Assembly: GCA_051362555.1 (NCBI GenBank)
Contig: CM120642.1
Span: forward strand, 12,214,001-12,278,000
Direction of reading: 5' to 3'
Source of the DNA: Lingula anatina
Lineage: Eukaryota > Animalia > Brachiopoda
DNA: 64,000 nucleotides
A program made the position numbers and the translations under genes. Numbering within the stretch: the stretch's first letter is position 1; the number at the start of each line of letters is the position of its first letter. The notes beneath the pieces were generated by a model. The model saw nothing but the letters and a program-made list of their open reading frames with translations. It had not been told where the DNA came from and searched no databases. This document shows positions 1 through 14,108 of this stretch, in pieces.

Positions 1-3000
1 AAAATGACCCGTCACCAAATTTTCCAAAAAGTGATGAAAATCAATCTACCACACCTGTCATTCATAAAAAATGTGGAAACGCGCCCGGATCACTTCATTA
101 AAGCCCCCAATTTCAGCTTTAAAGATGGCCAAAAAGCACACCTGAGAACAGGATTTGGAGAGAGGGGGGGTGGAGAGAGTTTTTGCTCTATTTCTTCCTT
201 AATAATGACACAACCACTCTTCCAGCACTTTATTCTGACTACAAATGACCAAACACACCTACCAGACACTATAATGAAGAAAAAAATTTTTCAACCCTAC
301 CTGGCCAAAATTGAAGAAAACTGCCATATCCGGACCTTACGAAAATCACTCAAAATCACCCAAAAATGACCCGTCACCAAATTTTCCAAAAAGTGATGAA
401 AATCAATCTACCACACCTGTCATTCATAAAAAATGTGGAAACGCGCCCGGATCACTTCATTAAAGCCCCCAATTTCAGCTTTAAAGATGGCCAAAAAGCA
501 CACCTGAGAACAGGATTTGGAGAGAGGGGGGGTGGAGAGAGTTTTTGCTCTATTTCTTCCTTAATAATGACACAACCACTCTTCCAGCACTTTATTCTGA
601 CTACAAATGACCAAACACACCTACCAGACACTATAATGAAGAAAAAAATTTTTCAACCCTACCTGGCCAAAATTGAAGAAAACTGCCATATCCGGACCTT
701 ACGAAAATCACTCAAAATCACCCAAAAATGACCCGTCACCAAATTTTCCAAAAAGTGATGAAAATCAATCTACCACACCTGTCATTCATAAAAAATGTGG
801 AAACGCGCCCGGATCACTTCATTAAAGCCCCCAATTTCAGCTTTAAAGATGGCCAAAAAGCACACCTGAGAACAGGATTTGGAGAGAGGGGGGGTGGAGA
901 GAGTTTTTGCTCTATTTCTTCCTTAATAATGACACAACCACTCTTCCAGCACTTTATTCTGACTACAAATGACCAAACACACCTACCAGACACTATAATG
1001 AAGAAAAAAATTTTTCAACCCTACCTGGCCAAAATTGAAGAAAACTGCCATATCCGGACCTTACGAAAATCACTCAAAATCACCCAAAAATGACCCGTCA
1101 CCAAATTTTCCAAAAAGTGATGAAAATCAATCTACCACACCTGTCATTCATAAAAAATGTGGAAACGCGCCCGGATCACTTCATTAAAGCCCCCAATTTC
1201 AGCTTTAAAGATGGCCAAAAAGCACACCTGAGAACAGGATTTGGAGAGAGGGGGGGTGGAGAGAGTTTTTGCTCTATTTCTTCCTTAATAATGACACAAC
1301 CACTCTTCCAGCACTTTATTCTGACTACAAATGACCAAACACACCTACCAGACACTATAATGAAGAAAAAAATTTTTCAACCCTACCTGGCCAAAATTGA
1401 AGAAAACTGCCATATCCGGACCTTACGAAAATCACTCAAAATCACCCAAAAATGACCCGTCACCAAATTTTCCAAAAAGTGATGAAAATCAATCTACCAC
1501 ACCTGTCATTCATAAAAAATGTGGAAACGCGCCCGGATCACTTCATTAAAGCCCCCAATTTCAGCTTTAAAGATGGCCAAAAAGCACACCTGAGAACAGG
1601 ATTTGGAGAGAGGGGGGGTGGAGAGAGTTTTTGCTCTATTTCTTCCTTAATAATGACACAACCACTCTTCCAGCACTTTATTCTGACTACAAATGACCAA
1701 ACACACCTACCAGACACTATAATGAAGAAAAAAATTTTTCAACCCTACCTGGCCAAAATTGAAGAAAACTGCCATATCCGGACCTTACGAAAATCACTCA
1801 AAATCACCCAAAAATGACCCGTCACCAAATTTTCCAAAAAGTGATGAAAATCAATCTACCACACCTGTCATTCATAAAAAATGTGGAAACGCGCCCGGAT
1901 CACTTCATTAAAGCCCCCAATTTCAGCTTTAAAGATGGCCAAAAAGCACACCTGAGAACAGGATTTGGAGAGAGGGGGGGTGGAGAGAGTTTTTGCTCTA
2001 TTTCTTCCTTAATAATGACACAACCACTCTTCCAGCACTTTATTCTGACTACAAATGACCAAACACACCTACCAGACACTATAATGAAGAAAAAAATTTT
2101 TCAACCCTACCTGGCCAAAATTGAAGAAAACTGCCATATCCGGACCTTACGAAAATCACTCAAAATCACCCAAAAATGACCCGTCACCAAATTTTCCAAA
2201 AAGTGATGAAAATCAATCTACCACACCTGTCATTCATAAAAAATGTGGAAACGCGCCCGGATCACTTCATTAAAGCCCCCAATTTCAGCTTTAAAGATGG
2301 CCAAAAAGCACACCTGAGAACAGGATTTGGAGAGAGGGGGGGTGGAGAGAGTTTTTGCTCTATTTCTTCCTTAATAATGACACAACCACTCTTCCAGCAC
2401 TTTATTCTGACTACAAATGACCAAACACACCTACCAGACACTATAATGAAGAAAAAAATTTTTCAACCCTACCTGGCCAAAATTGAAGAAAACTGCCATA
2501 TCCGGACCTTACGAAAATCACTCAAAATCACCCAAAAATGACCCGTCACCAAATTTTCCAAAAAGTGATGAAAATCAATCTACCACACCTGTCATTCATA
2601 AAAAATGTGGAAACGCGCCCGGATCACTTCATTAAAGCCCCCAATTTCAGCTTTAAAGATGGCCAAAAAGCACACCTGAGAACAGGATTTGGAGAGAGGG
2701 GGGGTGGAGAGAGTTTTTGCTCTATTTCTTCCTTAATAATGACACAACCACTCTTCCAGCACTTTATTCTGACTACAAATGACCAAACACACCTACCAGA
2801 CACTATAATGAAGAAAAAAATTTTTCAACCCTACCTGGCCAAAATTGAAGAAAACTGCCATATCCGGACCTTACGAAAATCACTCAAAATCACCCAAAAA
2901 TGACCCGTCACCAAATTTTCCAAAAAGTGATGAAAATCAATCTACCACACCTGTCATTCATAAAAAATGTGGAAACGCGCCCGGATCACTTCATTAAAGC

Positions 3001-6000
3001 CCCCAATTTCAGCTTTAAAGATGGCCAAAAAGCACACCTGAGAACAGGATTTGGAGAGAGGGGGGGTGGAGAGAGTTTTTGCTCTATTTCTTCCTTAATA
3101 ATGACACAACCACTCTTCCAGCACTTTATTCTGACTACAAATGACCAAACACACCTACCAGACACTATAATGAAGAAAAAAATTTTTCAACCCTACCTGG
3201 CCAAAATTGAAGAAAACTGCCATATCCGGACCTTACGAAAATCACTCAAAATCACCCAAAAATGACCCGTCACCAAATTTTCCAAAAAGTGATGAAAATC
3301 AATCTACCACACCTGTCATTCATAAAAAATGTGGAAACGCGCCCGGATCACTTCATTAAAGCCCCCAATTTCAGCTTTAAAGATGGCCAAAAAGCACACC
3401 TGAGAACAGGATTTGGAGAGAGGGGGGGTGGAGAGAGTTTTTGCTCTATTTCTTCCTTAATAATGACACAACCACTCTTCCAGCACTTTATTCTGACTAC
3501 AAATGACCAAACACACCTACCAGACACTATAATGAAGAAAAAAATTTTTCAACCCTACCTGGCCAAAATTGAAGAAAACTGCCATATCCGGACCTTACGA
3601 AAATCACTCAAAATCACCCAAAAATGACCCGTCACCAAATTTTCCAAAAAGTGATGAAAATCAATCTACCACACCTGTCATTCATAAAAAATGTGGAAAC
3701 GCGCCCGGATCACTTCATTAAAGCCCCCAATTTCAGCTTTAAAGATGGCCAAAAAGCACACCTGAGAACAGGATTTGGAGAGAGGGGGGGTGGAGAGAGT
3801 TTTTGCTCTATTTCTTCCTTAATAATGACACAACCACTCTTCCAGCACTTTATTCTGACTACAAATGACCAAACACACCTACCAGACACTATAATGAAGA
3901 AAAAAATTTTTCAACCCTACCTGGCCAAAATTGAAGAAAACTGCCATATCCGGACCTTACGAAAATCACTCAAAATCACCCAAAAATGACCCGTCACCAA
4001 ATTTTCCAAAAAGTGATGAAAATCAATCTACCACACCTGTCATTCATAAAAAATGTGGAAACGCGCCCGGATCACTTCATTAAAGCCCCCAATTTCAGCT
4101 TTAAAGATGGCCAAAAAGCACACCTGAGAACAGGATTTGGAGAGAGGGGGGGTGGAGAGAGTTTTTGCTCTATTTCTTCCTTAATAATGACACAACCACT
4201 CTTCCAGCACTTTATTCTGACTACAAATGACCAAACACACCTACCAGACACTATAATGAAGAAAAAAATTTTTCAACCCTACCTGGCCAAAATTGAAGAA
4301 AACTGCCATATCCGGACCTTACGAAAATCACTCAAAATCACCCAAAAATGACCCGTCACCAAATTTTCCAAAAAGTGATGAAAATCAATCTACCACACCT
4401 GTCATTCATAAAAAATGTGGAAACGCGCCCGGATCACTTCATTAAAGCCCCCAATTTCAGCTTTAAAGATGGCCAAAAAGCACACCTGAGAACAGGATTT
4501 GGAGAGAGGGGGGGTGGAGAGAGTTTTTGCTCTATTTCTTCCTTAATAATGACACAACCACTCTTCCAGCACTTTATTCTGACTACAAATGACCAAACAC
4601 ACCTACCAGACACTATAATGAAGAAAAAAATTTTTCAACCCTACCTGGCCAAAATTGAAGAAAACTGCCATATCCGGACCTTACGAAAATCACTCAAAAT
4701 CACCCAAAAATGACCCGTCACCAAATTTTCCAAAAAGTGATGAAAATCAATCTACCACACCTGTCATTCATAAAAAATGTGGAAACGCGCCCGGATCACT
4801 TCATTAAAGCCCCCAATTTCAGCTTTAAAGATGGCCAAAAAGCACACCTGAGAACAGGATTTGGAGAGAGGGGGGGTGGAGAGAGTTTTTGCTCTATTTC
4901 TTCCTTAATAATGACACAACCACTCTTCCAGCACTTTATTCTGACTACAAATGACCAAACACACCTACCAGACACTATAATGAAGAAAAAAATTTTTCAA
5001 CCCTACCTGGCCAAAATTGAAGAAAACTGCCATATCCGGACCTTACGAAAATCACTCAAAATCACCCAAAAATGACCCGTCACCAAATTTTCCAAAAAGT
5101 GATGAAAATCAATCTACCACACCTGTCATTCATAAAAAATGTGGAAACGCGCCCGGATCACTTCATTAAAGCCCCCAATTTCAGCTTTAAAGATGGCCAA
5201 AAAGCACACCTGAGAACAGGATTTGGAGAGAGGGGGGGTGGAGAGAGTTTTTGCTCTATTTCTTCCTTAATAATGACACAACCACTCTTCCAGCACTTTA
5301 TTCTGACTACAAATGACCAAACACACCTACCAGACACTATAATGAAGAAAAAAATTTTTCAACCCTACCTGGCCAAAATTGAAGAAAACTGCCATATCCG
5401 GACCTTACGAAAATCACTCAAAATCACCCAAAAATGACCCGTCACCAAATTTTCCAAAAAGTGATGAAAATCAATCTACCACACCTGTCATTCATAAAAA
5501 ATGTGGAAACGCGCCCGGATCACTTCATTAAAGCCCCCAATTTCAGCTTTAAAGATGGCCAAAAAGCACACCTGAGAACAGGATTTGGAGAGAGGGGGGG
5601 TGGAGAGAGTTTTTGCTCTATTTCTTCCTTAATAATGACACAACCACTCTTCCAGCACTTTATTCTGACTACAAATGACCAAACACACCTACCAGACACT
5701 ATAATGAAGAAAAAAATTTTTCAACCCTACCTGGCCAAAATTGAAGAAAACTGCCATATCCGGACCTTACGAAAATCACTCAAAATCACCCAAAAATGAC
5801 CCGTCACCAAATTTTCCAAAAAGTGATGAAAATCAATCTACCACACCTGTCATTCATAAAAAATGTGGAAACGCGCCCGGATCACTTCATTAAAGCCCCC
5901 AATTTCAGCTTTAAAGATGGCCAAAAAGCACACCTGAGAACAGGATTTGGAGAGAGGGGGGGTGGAGAGAGTTTTTGCTCTATTTCTTCCTTAATAATGA

Positions 6001-9000
6001 CACAACCACTCTTCCAGCACTTTATTCTGACTACAAATGACCAAACACACCTACCAGACACTATAATGAAGAAAAAAATTTTTCAACCCTACCTGGCCAA
6101 AATTGAAGAAAACTGCCATATCCGGACCTTACGAAAATCACTCAAAATCACCCAAAAATGACCCGTCACCAAATTTTCCAAAAAGTGATGAAAATCAATC
6201 TACCACACCTGTCATTCATAAAAAATGTGGAAACGCGCCCGGATCACTTCATTAAAGCCCCCAATTTCAGCTTTAAAGATGGCCAAAAAGCACACCTGAG
6301 AACAGGATTTGGAGAGAGGGGGGGTGGAGAGAGTTTTTGCTCTATTTCTTCCTTAATAATGACACAACCACTCTTCCAGCACTTTATTCTGACTACAAAT
6401 GACCAAACACACCTACCAGACACTATAATGAAGAAATAAATTTTTCAACCCTACCTGGCCAAAATTGAAGAAAACTGCCATATCCGGACCTTACGAAAAT
6501 CACTCAAAATCACCCAAAAATGACCCGTCACCAAATTTTCCAAAAAGTGATGAAAATCAATCTACCACACCTGTCATTCATAAAAAATGTGGAAACGCGC
6601 CCGGATCACTTCATTAAAGCCCCCAATTTCAGCTTTAAAGATGGCCAAAAAGCACACCTGAGAACAGGATTTGGAGAGAGGGGGGGTGGAGAGAGTTTTT
6701 GCTCTATTTCTTCCTTAATAATGACACAACCACTCTTCCAGCACTTTATTCTGACTACAAATGACCAAACACACCTACCAGACACTATAATGAAGAAAAA
6801 AATTTTTCAACCCTACCTGGCCAAAATTGAAGAAAACTGCCATATCCGGACCTTACGAAAATCACTCAAAATCACCCAAAAATGACCCGTCACCAAATTT
6901 TCCAAAAAGTGATGAAAATCAATCTACCACACCTGTCATTCATAAAAAATGTGGAAACGCGCCCGGATCACTTCATTAAAGCCCCCAATTTCAGCTTTAA
7001 AGATGGCCAAAAAGCACACCTGAGAACAGGATTTGGAGAGAGGGGGGGTGGAGAGAGTTTTTGCTCTATTTCTTCCTTAATAATGACACAACCACTCTTC
7101 CAGCACTTTATTCTGACTACAAATGACCAAACACACCTACCAGACACTATAATGAAGAAAAAAATTTTTCAACCCTACCTGGCCAAAATTGAAGAAAACT
7201 GCCATATCCGGACCTTACGAAAATCACTCAAAATCACCCAAAAATGACCCGTCACCAAATTTTCCAAAAAGTGATGAAAATCAATCTACCACACCTGTCA
7301 TTCATAAAAAATGTGGAAACGCGCCCGGATCACTTCATTAAAGCCCCCAATTTCAGCTTTAAAGATGGCCAAAAAGCACACCTGAGAACAGGATTTGGAG
7401 AGAGGGGGGGTGGAGAGAGTTTTTGCTCTATTTCTTCCTTAATAATGACACAACCACTCTTCCAGCACTTTATTCTGACTACAAATGACCAAACACACCT
7501 ACCAGACACTATAATGAAGAAAAAAATTTTTCAACCCTACCTGGCCAAAATTGAAGAAAACTGCCATATCCGGACCTTACGAAAATCACTCAAAATCACC
7601 CAAAAATGACCCGTCACCAAATTTTCCAAAAAGTGATGAAAATCAATCTACCACACCTGTCATTCATAAAAAATGTGGAAACGCGCCCGGATCACTTCAT
7701 TAAAGCCCCCAATTTCAGCTTTAAAGATGGCCAAAAAGCACACCTGAGAACAGGATTTGGAGAGAGGGGGGGTGGAGAGAGTTTTTGCTCTATTTCTTCC
7801 TTAATAATGACACAACCACTCTTCCAGCACTTTATTCTGACTACAAATGACCAAACACACCTACCAGACACTATAATGAAGAAAAAAATTTTTCAACCCT
7901 ACCTGGCCAAAATTGAAGAAAACTGCCATATCCGGACCTTACGAAAATCACTCAAAATCACCCAAAAATGACCCGTCACCAAATTTTCCAAAAAGTGATG
8001 AAAATCAATCTACCACACCTGTCATTCATAAAAAATGTGGAAACGCGCCCGGATCACTTCATTAAAGCCCCCAATTTCAGCTTTAAAGATGGCCAAAAAG
8101 CACACCTGAGAACAGGATTTGGAGAGAGGGGGGGTGGAGAGAGTTTTTGCTCTATTTCTTCCTTAATAATGACACAACCACTCTTCCAGCACTTTATTCT
8201 GACTACAAATGACCAAACACACCTACCAGACACTATAATGAAGAAAAAAATTTTTCAACCCTACCTGGCCAAAATTGAAGAAAACTGCCATATCCGGACC
8301 TTACGAAAATCACTCAAAATCACCCAAAAATGACCCGTCACCAAATTTTCCAAAAAGTGATGAAAATCAATCTACCACACCTGTCATTCATAAAAAATGT
8401 GGAAACGCGCCCGGATCACTTCATTAAAGCCCCCAATTTCAGCTTTAAAGATGGCCAAAAAGCACACCTGAGAACAGGATTTGGAGAGAGGGGGGGTGGA
8501 GAGAGTTTTTGCTCTATTTCTTCCTTAATAATGACACAACCACTCTTCCAGCACTTTATTCTGACTACAAATGACCAAACACACCTACCAGACACTATAA
8601 TGAAGAAAAAAATTTTTCAACCCTACCTGGCCAAAATTGAAGAAAACTGCCATATCCGGACCTTACGAAAATCACTCAAAATCACCCAAAAATGACCCGT
8701 CACCAAATTTTCCAAAAAGTGATGAAAATCAATCTACCACACCTGTCATTCATAAAAAATGTGGAAACGCGCCCGGATCACTTCATTAAAGCCCCCAATT
8801 TCAGCTTTAAAGATGGCCAAAAAGCACACCTGAGAACAGGATTTGGAGAGAGGGGGGGTGGAGAGAGTTTTTGCTCTATTTCTTCCTTAATAATGACACA
8901 ACCACTCTTCCAGCACTTTATTCTGACTACAAATGACCAAACACACCTACCAGACACTATAATGAAGAAAAAAATTTTTCAACCCTACCTGGCCAAAATT

Positions 9001-10364
9001 GAAGAAAACTGCCATATCCGGACCTTACGAAAATCACTCAAAATCACCAAAAAATGACCCGTCACCAAATTTTCCAAAAAGTGATGAAAATCAATCTACC
9101 ACACCTGTCATTCATAAAAAATGTGGAAACGCGCCCGGATCACTTCATTAAAGCCCCCAATTTCAGCTTTAAAGATGGCCAAAAAGCACACCTGAGAACA
9201 GGATTTGGAGAGAGGGGGGGTGGAGAGAGTTTTTGCTCTATTTCTTCCTTAATAATGACACAACCACTCTTCCAGCACTTTATTCTGACTACAAATGACC
9301 AAACACACCTACCAGACACTATAATGAAGAAAAAAATTTTTCAACCCTACCTGGCCAAAATTGAAGAAAACTGCCATATCCGGACCTTACGAAAATCACT
9401 CAAAATCACCCAAAAATGACCCGTCACCAAATTTTCCAAAAAGTGATGAAAATCAATCTACCACACCTGTCATTCATAAAAAATGTGGAAACGCGCCCGG
9501 ATCACTTCATTAAAGCCCCCAATTTCAGCTTTAAAGATGGCCAAAAAGCACACCTGAGAACAGGATTTGGAGAGAGGGGGGGTGGAGAGAGTTTTTGCTC
9601 TATTTCTTCCTTAATAATGACACAACCACTCTTCCAGCACTTTATTCTGACTACAAATGACCAAACACACCTACCAGACACTATAATGAAGAAAAAAATT
9701 TTTCAACCCTACCTGGCCAAAATTGAAGAAAACTGCCATATCCGGACCTTACGAAAATCACTCAAAATCACCCAAAAATGACCCGTCACCAAATTTTCCA
9801 AAAAGTGATGAAAATCAATCTACCACACCTGTCATTCATAAAAAATGTGGAAACGCGCCCGGATCACTTCATTAAAGCCCCCAATTTCAGCTTTAAAGAT
9901 GGCCAAAAAGCACACCTGAGAACAGGATTTGGAGAGAGGGGGGGTGGAGAGAGTTTTTGCTCTATTTCTTCCTTAATAATGACACAACCACTCTTCCAGC
10001 ACTTTATTCTGACTACAAATGACCAAACACACCTACCAGACACTATAATGAAGAAAAAAATTTTTCAACCCTACCTGGCCAAAATTGAAGAAAACTGCCA
10101 TATCCGGACCTTACGAAAATCACTCAAAATCACCCAAAAATGACCCGTCACCAAATTTTCCAAAAAGTGATGAAAATCAATCTACCACACCTGTCATTCA
10201 TAAAAAATGTGGAAACGCGCCCGGATCACTTCATTAAAGCCCCCAATTTCAGCTTTAAAGATGGCCAAAAAGCACACCTGAGAACAGGATTTGGAGAGAG
10301 GGGGGGTGGAGAGAGTTTTTGCTCTATTTCTTCCTTAATAATGACACAACCACTCTTCCAGCAC
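1..10364 (+). repeat. 362-bp satellite DNA tandem array (~28.6 monomers; the window starts inside the array)
   Basis: Exact 362-bp period (ORF starts at 4, 366, 728 ... 10140). Only two substitutions noticed: 6437 A>T and 9049 C>A. The array stops abruptly mid-monomer after ...ccactcttccagcac at 10364. Confidence 0.99.
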
Positions 10365-11159
10365 AGGACCTGTAGATCTCTTTGGCCAATCATGGACTGT
10401 TATAGTCGAATCAAGTTCCGTGTGAAAAATTAGTGATTGTTTCCAGTTTTTTTCCTGACAGTTTTTGTGTGTTGCTAGGTTTAATTCTGGTGTCAAGTAG
10501 CAGGTTGGGACGTGAATTGCTTCTTATTTTTTGGCGGGACCTTGTCTAGGTACTGCGCAGTGTGATACCTCTGGCGGAGGGAGCTTACGACAGTGAGCAG
10601 TGCAGTGGTTTGTTTACAAACAGAGAAGTGCACGTGTTCAATTATAGTACTGCCGGTATGAAAAGTAACTTTTTGACAGTTTATTTTTGTGGCATTGGGA
10701 GTTACGTCAGTGAGACTGCTGTCCATGAAGATAGAAAATGTTTTACCAAATTATTTTGTTCATGCATTTTTTCAGGCATTTTAGTACAACAGTCATTGGG
10801 AAATTATTTTATGGTTTTCGTTGTCCTTATGATGTGTCAAACAAACATAACAAAAGAAACATATTGTTGAAGACATTTGCCCGCAGCTCATTATTTGGCC
10901 TAACATTTCAGAATAAATCAAATTTATGTACTAACATTAGGATTTAAAACACATTCTAAGTGCAAGAATCAGTTGTTGAACTTATCTGAAGACAATCACA
11001 ACGTTTAAAACATACAATGGCCTTAATCAAAATTGCAAAAATAAACAATAATAACAATCATATTCACAGTCTGCTACCACACACCGGAAGTAAGCCATCC
11101 TGACATTACACCATTTAGCTTTGAAGATTTTTCGTTAATATTTAAGATGTGATTTTGTT

Positions 11160-12866
11160 CTTATTCCGGAATGGATCCCTAGAAATTTGAACGATATTAG
11201 CCGTGTAATTGATTACGATGATTGGGGAATCACTCATCAGTTTTTTTAACATGTTGGATAAAATGTGGGTTCCACATTCGATTGACTGATTCGCTATTAG
11301 TGACAATAAAAAATTGAAAAGCTTAAATTTTAGATATTGGAATCATGGTAGTGAAGACGTGGACTCTTTTTCCTGTGACTGGCGTGAAGAAAATAATTTG
11401 GCCTTTTATTTTCATTTGCGCCAACTTTTTGCTCCTATAGCTGTTGTGATTTCTCATATCTATCTTAATTAATCCTGGTTACACTCATTAACGTACTTTA
11501 TTATTTTTATTTTATGGCACTTATATAGTTTGGGGGATGTTTGATTATCTCCCCAGTTTTGTAACTTTTTGGTATCTTATAAGTTTTCGTCATTAATAAA
11601 TGACAATTTTCAGTCATATGGCCTTATTTTACTTATTTTGGAGCAAAAACAGAGCTTCGTTGTGCATAAATAATTTGCTGTTTCCATCCATTTGCTATTG
11701 TGCAAAAGCTATTAAACATGTTATATTTTGCAAAGCAGCGGCAACTCTCATTGTTCCTAAATGGACATCGTCGCCATTTTGGCCGTTTATTTTTGAAGGG
11801 AATCACTGGAGATGGTACGTTAAAGATGTTTTAGAATCTGAACCACAGTGAGTTTTACACCAGGGTACAAATAAAAATTGCATTTTGGGCAGTAACAGAT
11901 TTGTATCTAAAGTGTTAGCCGTTAAACTAGACGCATCGTAGAAAATTCGATGTATTTAAAATATTCATTTTATAAAAAAATTAATAAAAACAATTATAAA
12001 GATTCACTTACGTTATATTTCTTAAATTTTTAAGCAAAAATAATGTAAAAAATAGACTCGATTGTTGCTTTTTATCTTCAAAATTTGTCACAATCTTGTA
12101 ATTCTTCTGCTGCGGTTTAGACGCTTTTTACAGTTTAAAATGGTTTTATGATATTGCAAATTGTAAGAAAAATCCGAAATTACGAGTCAAAATTCGTTAT
12201 TGCAGTGAAGGAAGTATCTCAGAGAAGGAAAGGTCATAGAGTAACAAAAAAGGAACCTATATCTGCTGAGCACATTTCTCAATTGGTAACTAATTTCATG
12301 AGTTCGAAAGTGACTTTGAAGGATCTCCGAGTACTTTCCATTTGTTTGATTTCATATGCTGGATTCTAAAGGTGGCCAGAAATATCTGAATTTAGATGTA
12401 ATGATGTGATCATTATTTAGAGATTTTCATCAGAAAAATTAAAACCGATTAATACACGGATGGTTATTCTTGTTTGATAGCCAAGACCGGAAAGCACACC
12501 TGTCCATATTTGATGCTTTAAAGTATTTCGAAGTTGCAGAGCTGGATAACAATTCTAAAAAAAAAGTGTGTCGTTCTTTAAGTTTTCTAAAGGAGAAAAA
12601 CTTGCTGAGGAGGAGTAATGTGAAATTGTCTTATACAAGAACAAGGGACATAGATCTTGATGCTTTCAGTTTAATTGGTTTAGACAAAAAAACAATCTGA
12701 TCCTCATAGCTTAAGAGCAGGAGGGGGCTACAGTTTCTGCTAATGCTGGAACTTAAGACGACTGTTTAAGAAACACGGTTGATTGCGTTCTGAAAACGCA
12801 AAAGACGGTTATGTAAAAGATACTGCCGAAGAAAGATTACTAGTTTCTAAAAATTTGGGAATTTAA
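11160..12866 (+). mobile_element. Decayed DIRS-superfamily (tyrosine-recombinase) retrotransposon, 3' half: RNase H end, methyltransferase-like domain and YR
   Basis: Hand translation across stops and frameshifts: EWIPRNLNDISRVIDYDDWG, then KMWVPHSID*FA..NKKL and LIVPKWTSSPFWP (MT-like). YR motifs follow: KKEPIS, ICLISYAGF, LSYTRTRD, HSLRAGG, RLFKKHG*LRSENAKDGYVKD...RLLVSKNLGI*. Confidence 0.88.
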
Positions 12867-13513
12867 TTTTTTAAAATTCTCTTCCTCTTTCTTTGCTATT
12901 TCAAATGTTTTACTTCAGTTTGGCTTCTGTGGCAAATACTACAACTTTTAATTGTTGTTTATTATTATTTGAATCAAGGGTGAAGAGTTAACAAATTATT
13001 TATGTTCGTTTGAATAGATGAATAAGAATATAATATCAATTTGTTTCACATCTCCTTCACCCTCACCGTTTCTCTTGGAAAATTTTCCTTCTCTCTGTAA
13101 TATTTACGATCTTTTGTGAATACGACCAGTGTTAAAAAAGGTAAGCTTATTAGTATCTCTAAAATCTTAAATTGATAACTTCAATAACTTCCCTTAATCA
13201 TGGTTAAACAGTACTATTTGATCACGAAACTGTAGAATCTTCGAGTGGGCCAGTTGTCCTTGAGAAATATTTTGTACGGTGACAAATAGGTCTACGTGGC
13301 CGGGGTAATAGCCTTGTCACAACAGTAAAATAATATTCCATAGATTCGCCGTTCTTTGAGATCGATTTCCACAGCAACTTCTCAACCAAATGTGCCATGC
13401 ACTATACCAGTTGTAATTTGCATAACAATAGTCGCCCATCGCTGTGCGAGCTATGCTCCTGGTTAGTCACTTGACCGCTAAACCTGAAAGAAGATGACCT
13501 GCATTGAAAGTTT

Positions 13514-14108
13514 ACAGGTGGGACGAGTCCATTCGATTTGAGGGGTGACAGGTGGGGCGAGTCGACTTGATTTGAGGGTTGACAGGTAGGGCGAGTCCAT
13601 TTCATCTGAGGGGGTGACAGGTGGGGCGAGTCCATTTGAGTTGAGGGGTGACAGGTGGGGCGAGTCCACTTGAGTTGAGGGGTGACAGGTGGGGCGAGTC
13701 CATTCGATTTGAGGGGTTACAGGTGGGGCGAGTCCATTTCATCTGAGGGGTGCCAGGTGGGGCGAGTCTATTTCATCTGAGGGGTGACAGGTGGGGCGAG
13801 TCCACTCGATTTTAGGGGTGACAGGTGGGGCGAGTCCATTTCATCTGAGGGGTGACAGGTGGGGCGAGTCCACTTGATTTGAGGGGTGACAGGTGGGGTG
13901 AGTCCAATTCAGCTGAGGGGTGACAGGTGGGGCGATTCCAGTCCATTTGAGGGGTGACAGGTGGGGCGAGTCCATTTCAGATGAGGGGTGACAGCTGGGC
14001 GAATCCATTCCATTTGAGGGGTGACAGGTGGGGCGAGTCCATTCGATTTGAGGGGTCACAGGTGGGGCGAGTCCACTTGATTTGAGGCGTGACAGGTAGG
14101 GCGCGTCC
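13514..14108 (+). repeat. 34-bp G-rich minisatellite (~17 copies)
   Basis: Unit approx. GAGGGGTGACAGGTGGGGCGAGTCCA plus a variable 8-nt tail (ttcgattt/tttcatct/cttgattt). Period is 34 (e.g. 13621 to 13655). Confidence 0.97.

Noticed and set aside
1-362. Possible three ~120-bp subunits in the monomer (aaatgacc/agatggcc at ~2, ~123, ~243)
   Set aside because: Similarity is limited to short words and the cacacct motifs are irregularly spaced. It cannot be supported without a self-alignment.
4-10433. 29 tandem 'genes' of 121 aa in the ORF track
   Set aside because: They are translations of the satellite monomer: no recognisable domain, no promoter or intron structure, and one copy carries a nonsense change. 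Kept only as a low-interest finding.
13514-14108. CRISPR-like appearance (conserved core plus variable segment) and the Pro/Ser-rich ORFs on the minus strand
   Set aside because: Variable parts are only ~8 nt and recur, there are no cas genes, and the context is eukaryotic. The ORFs are repeat translations.
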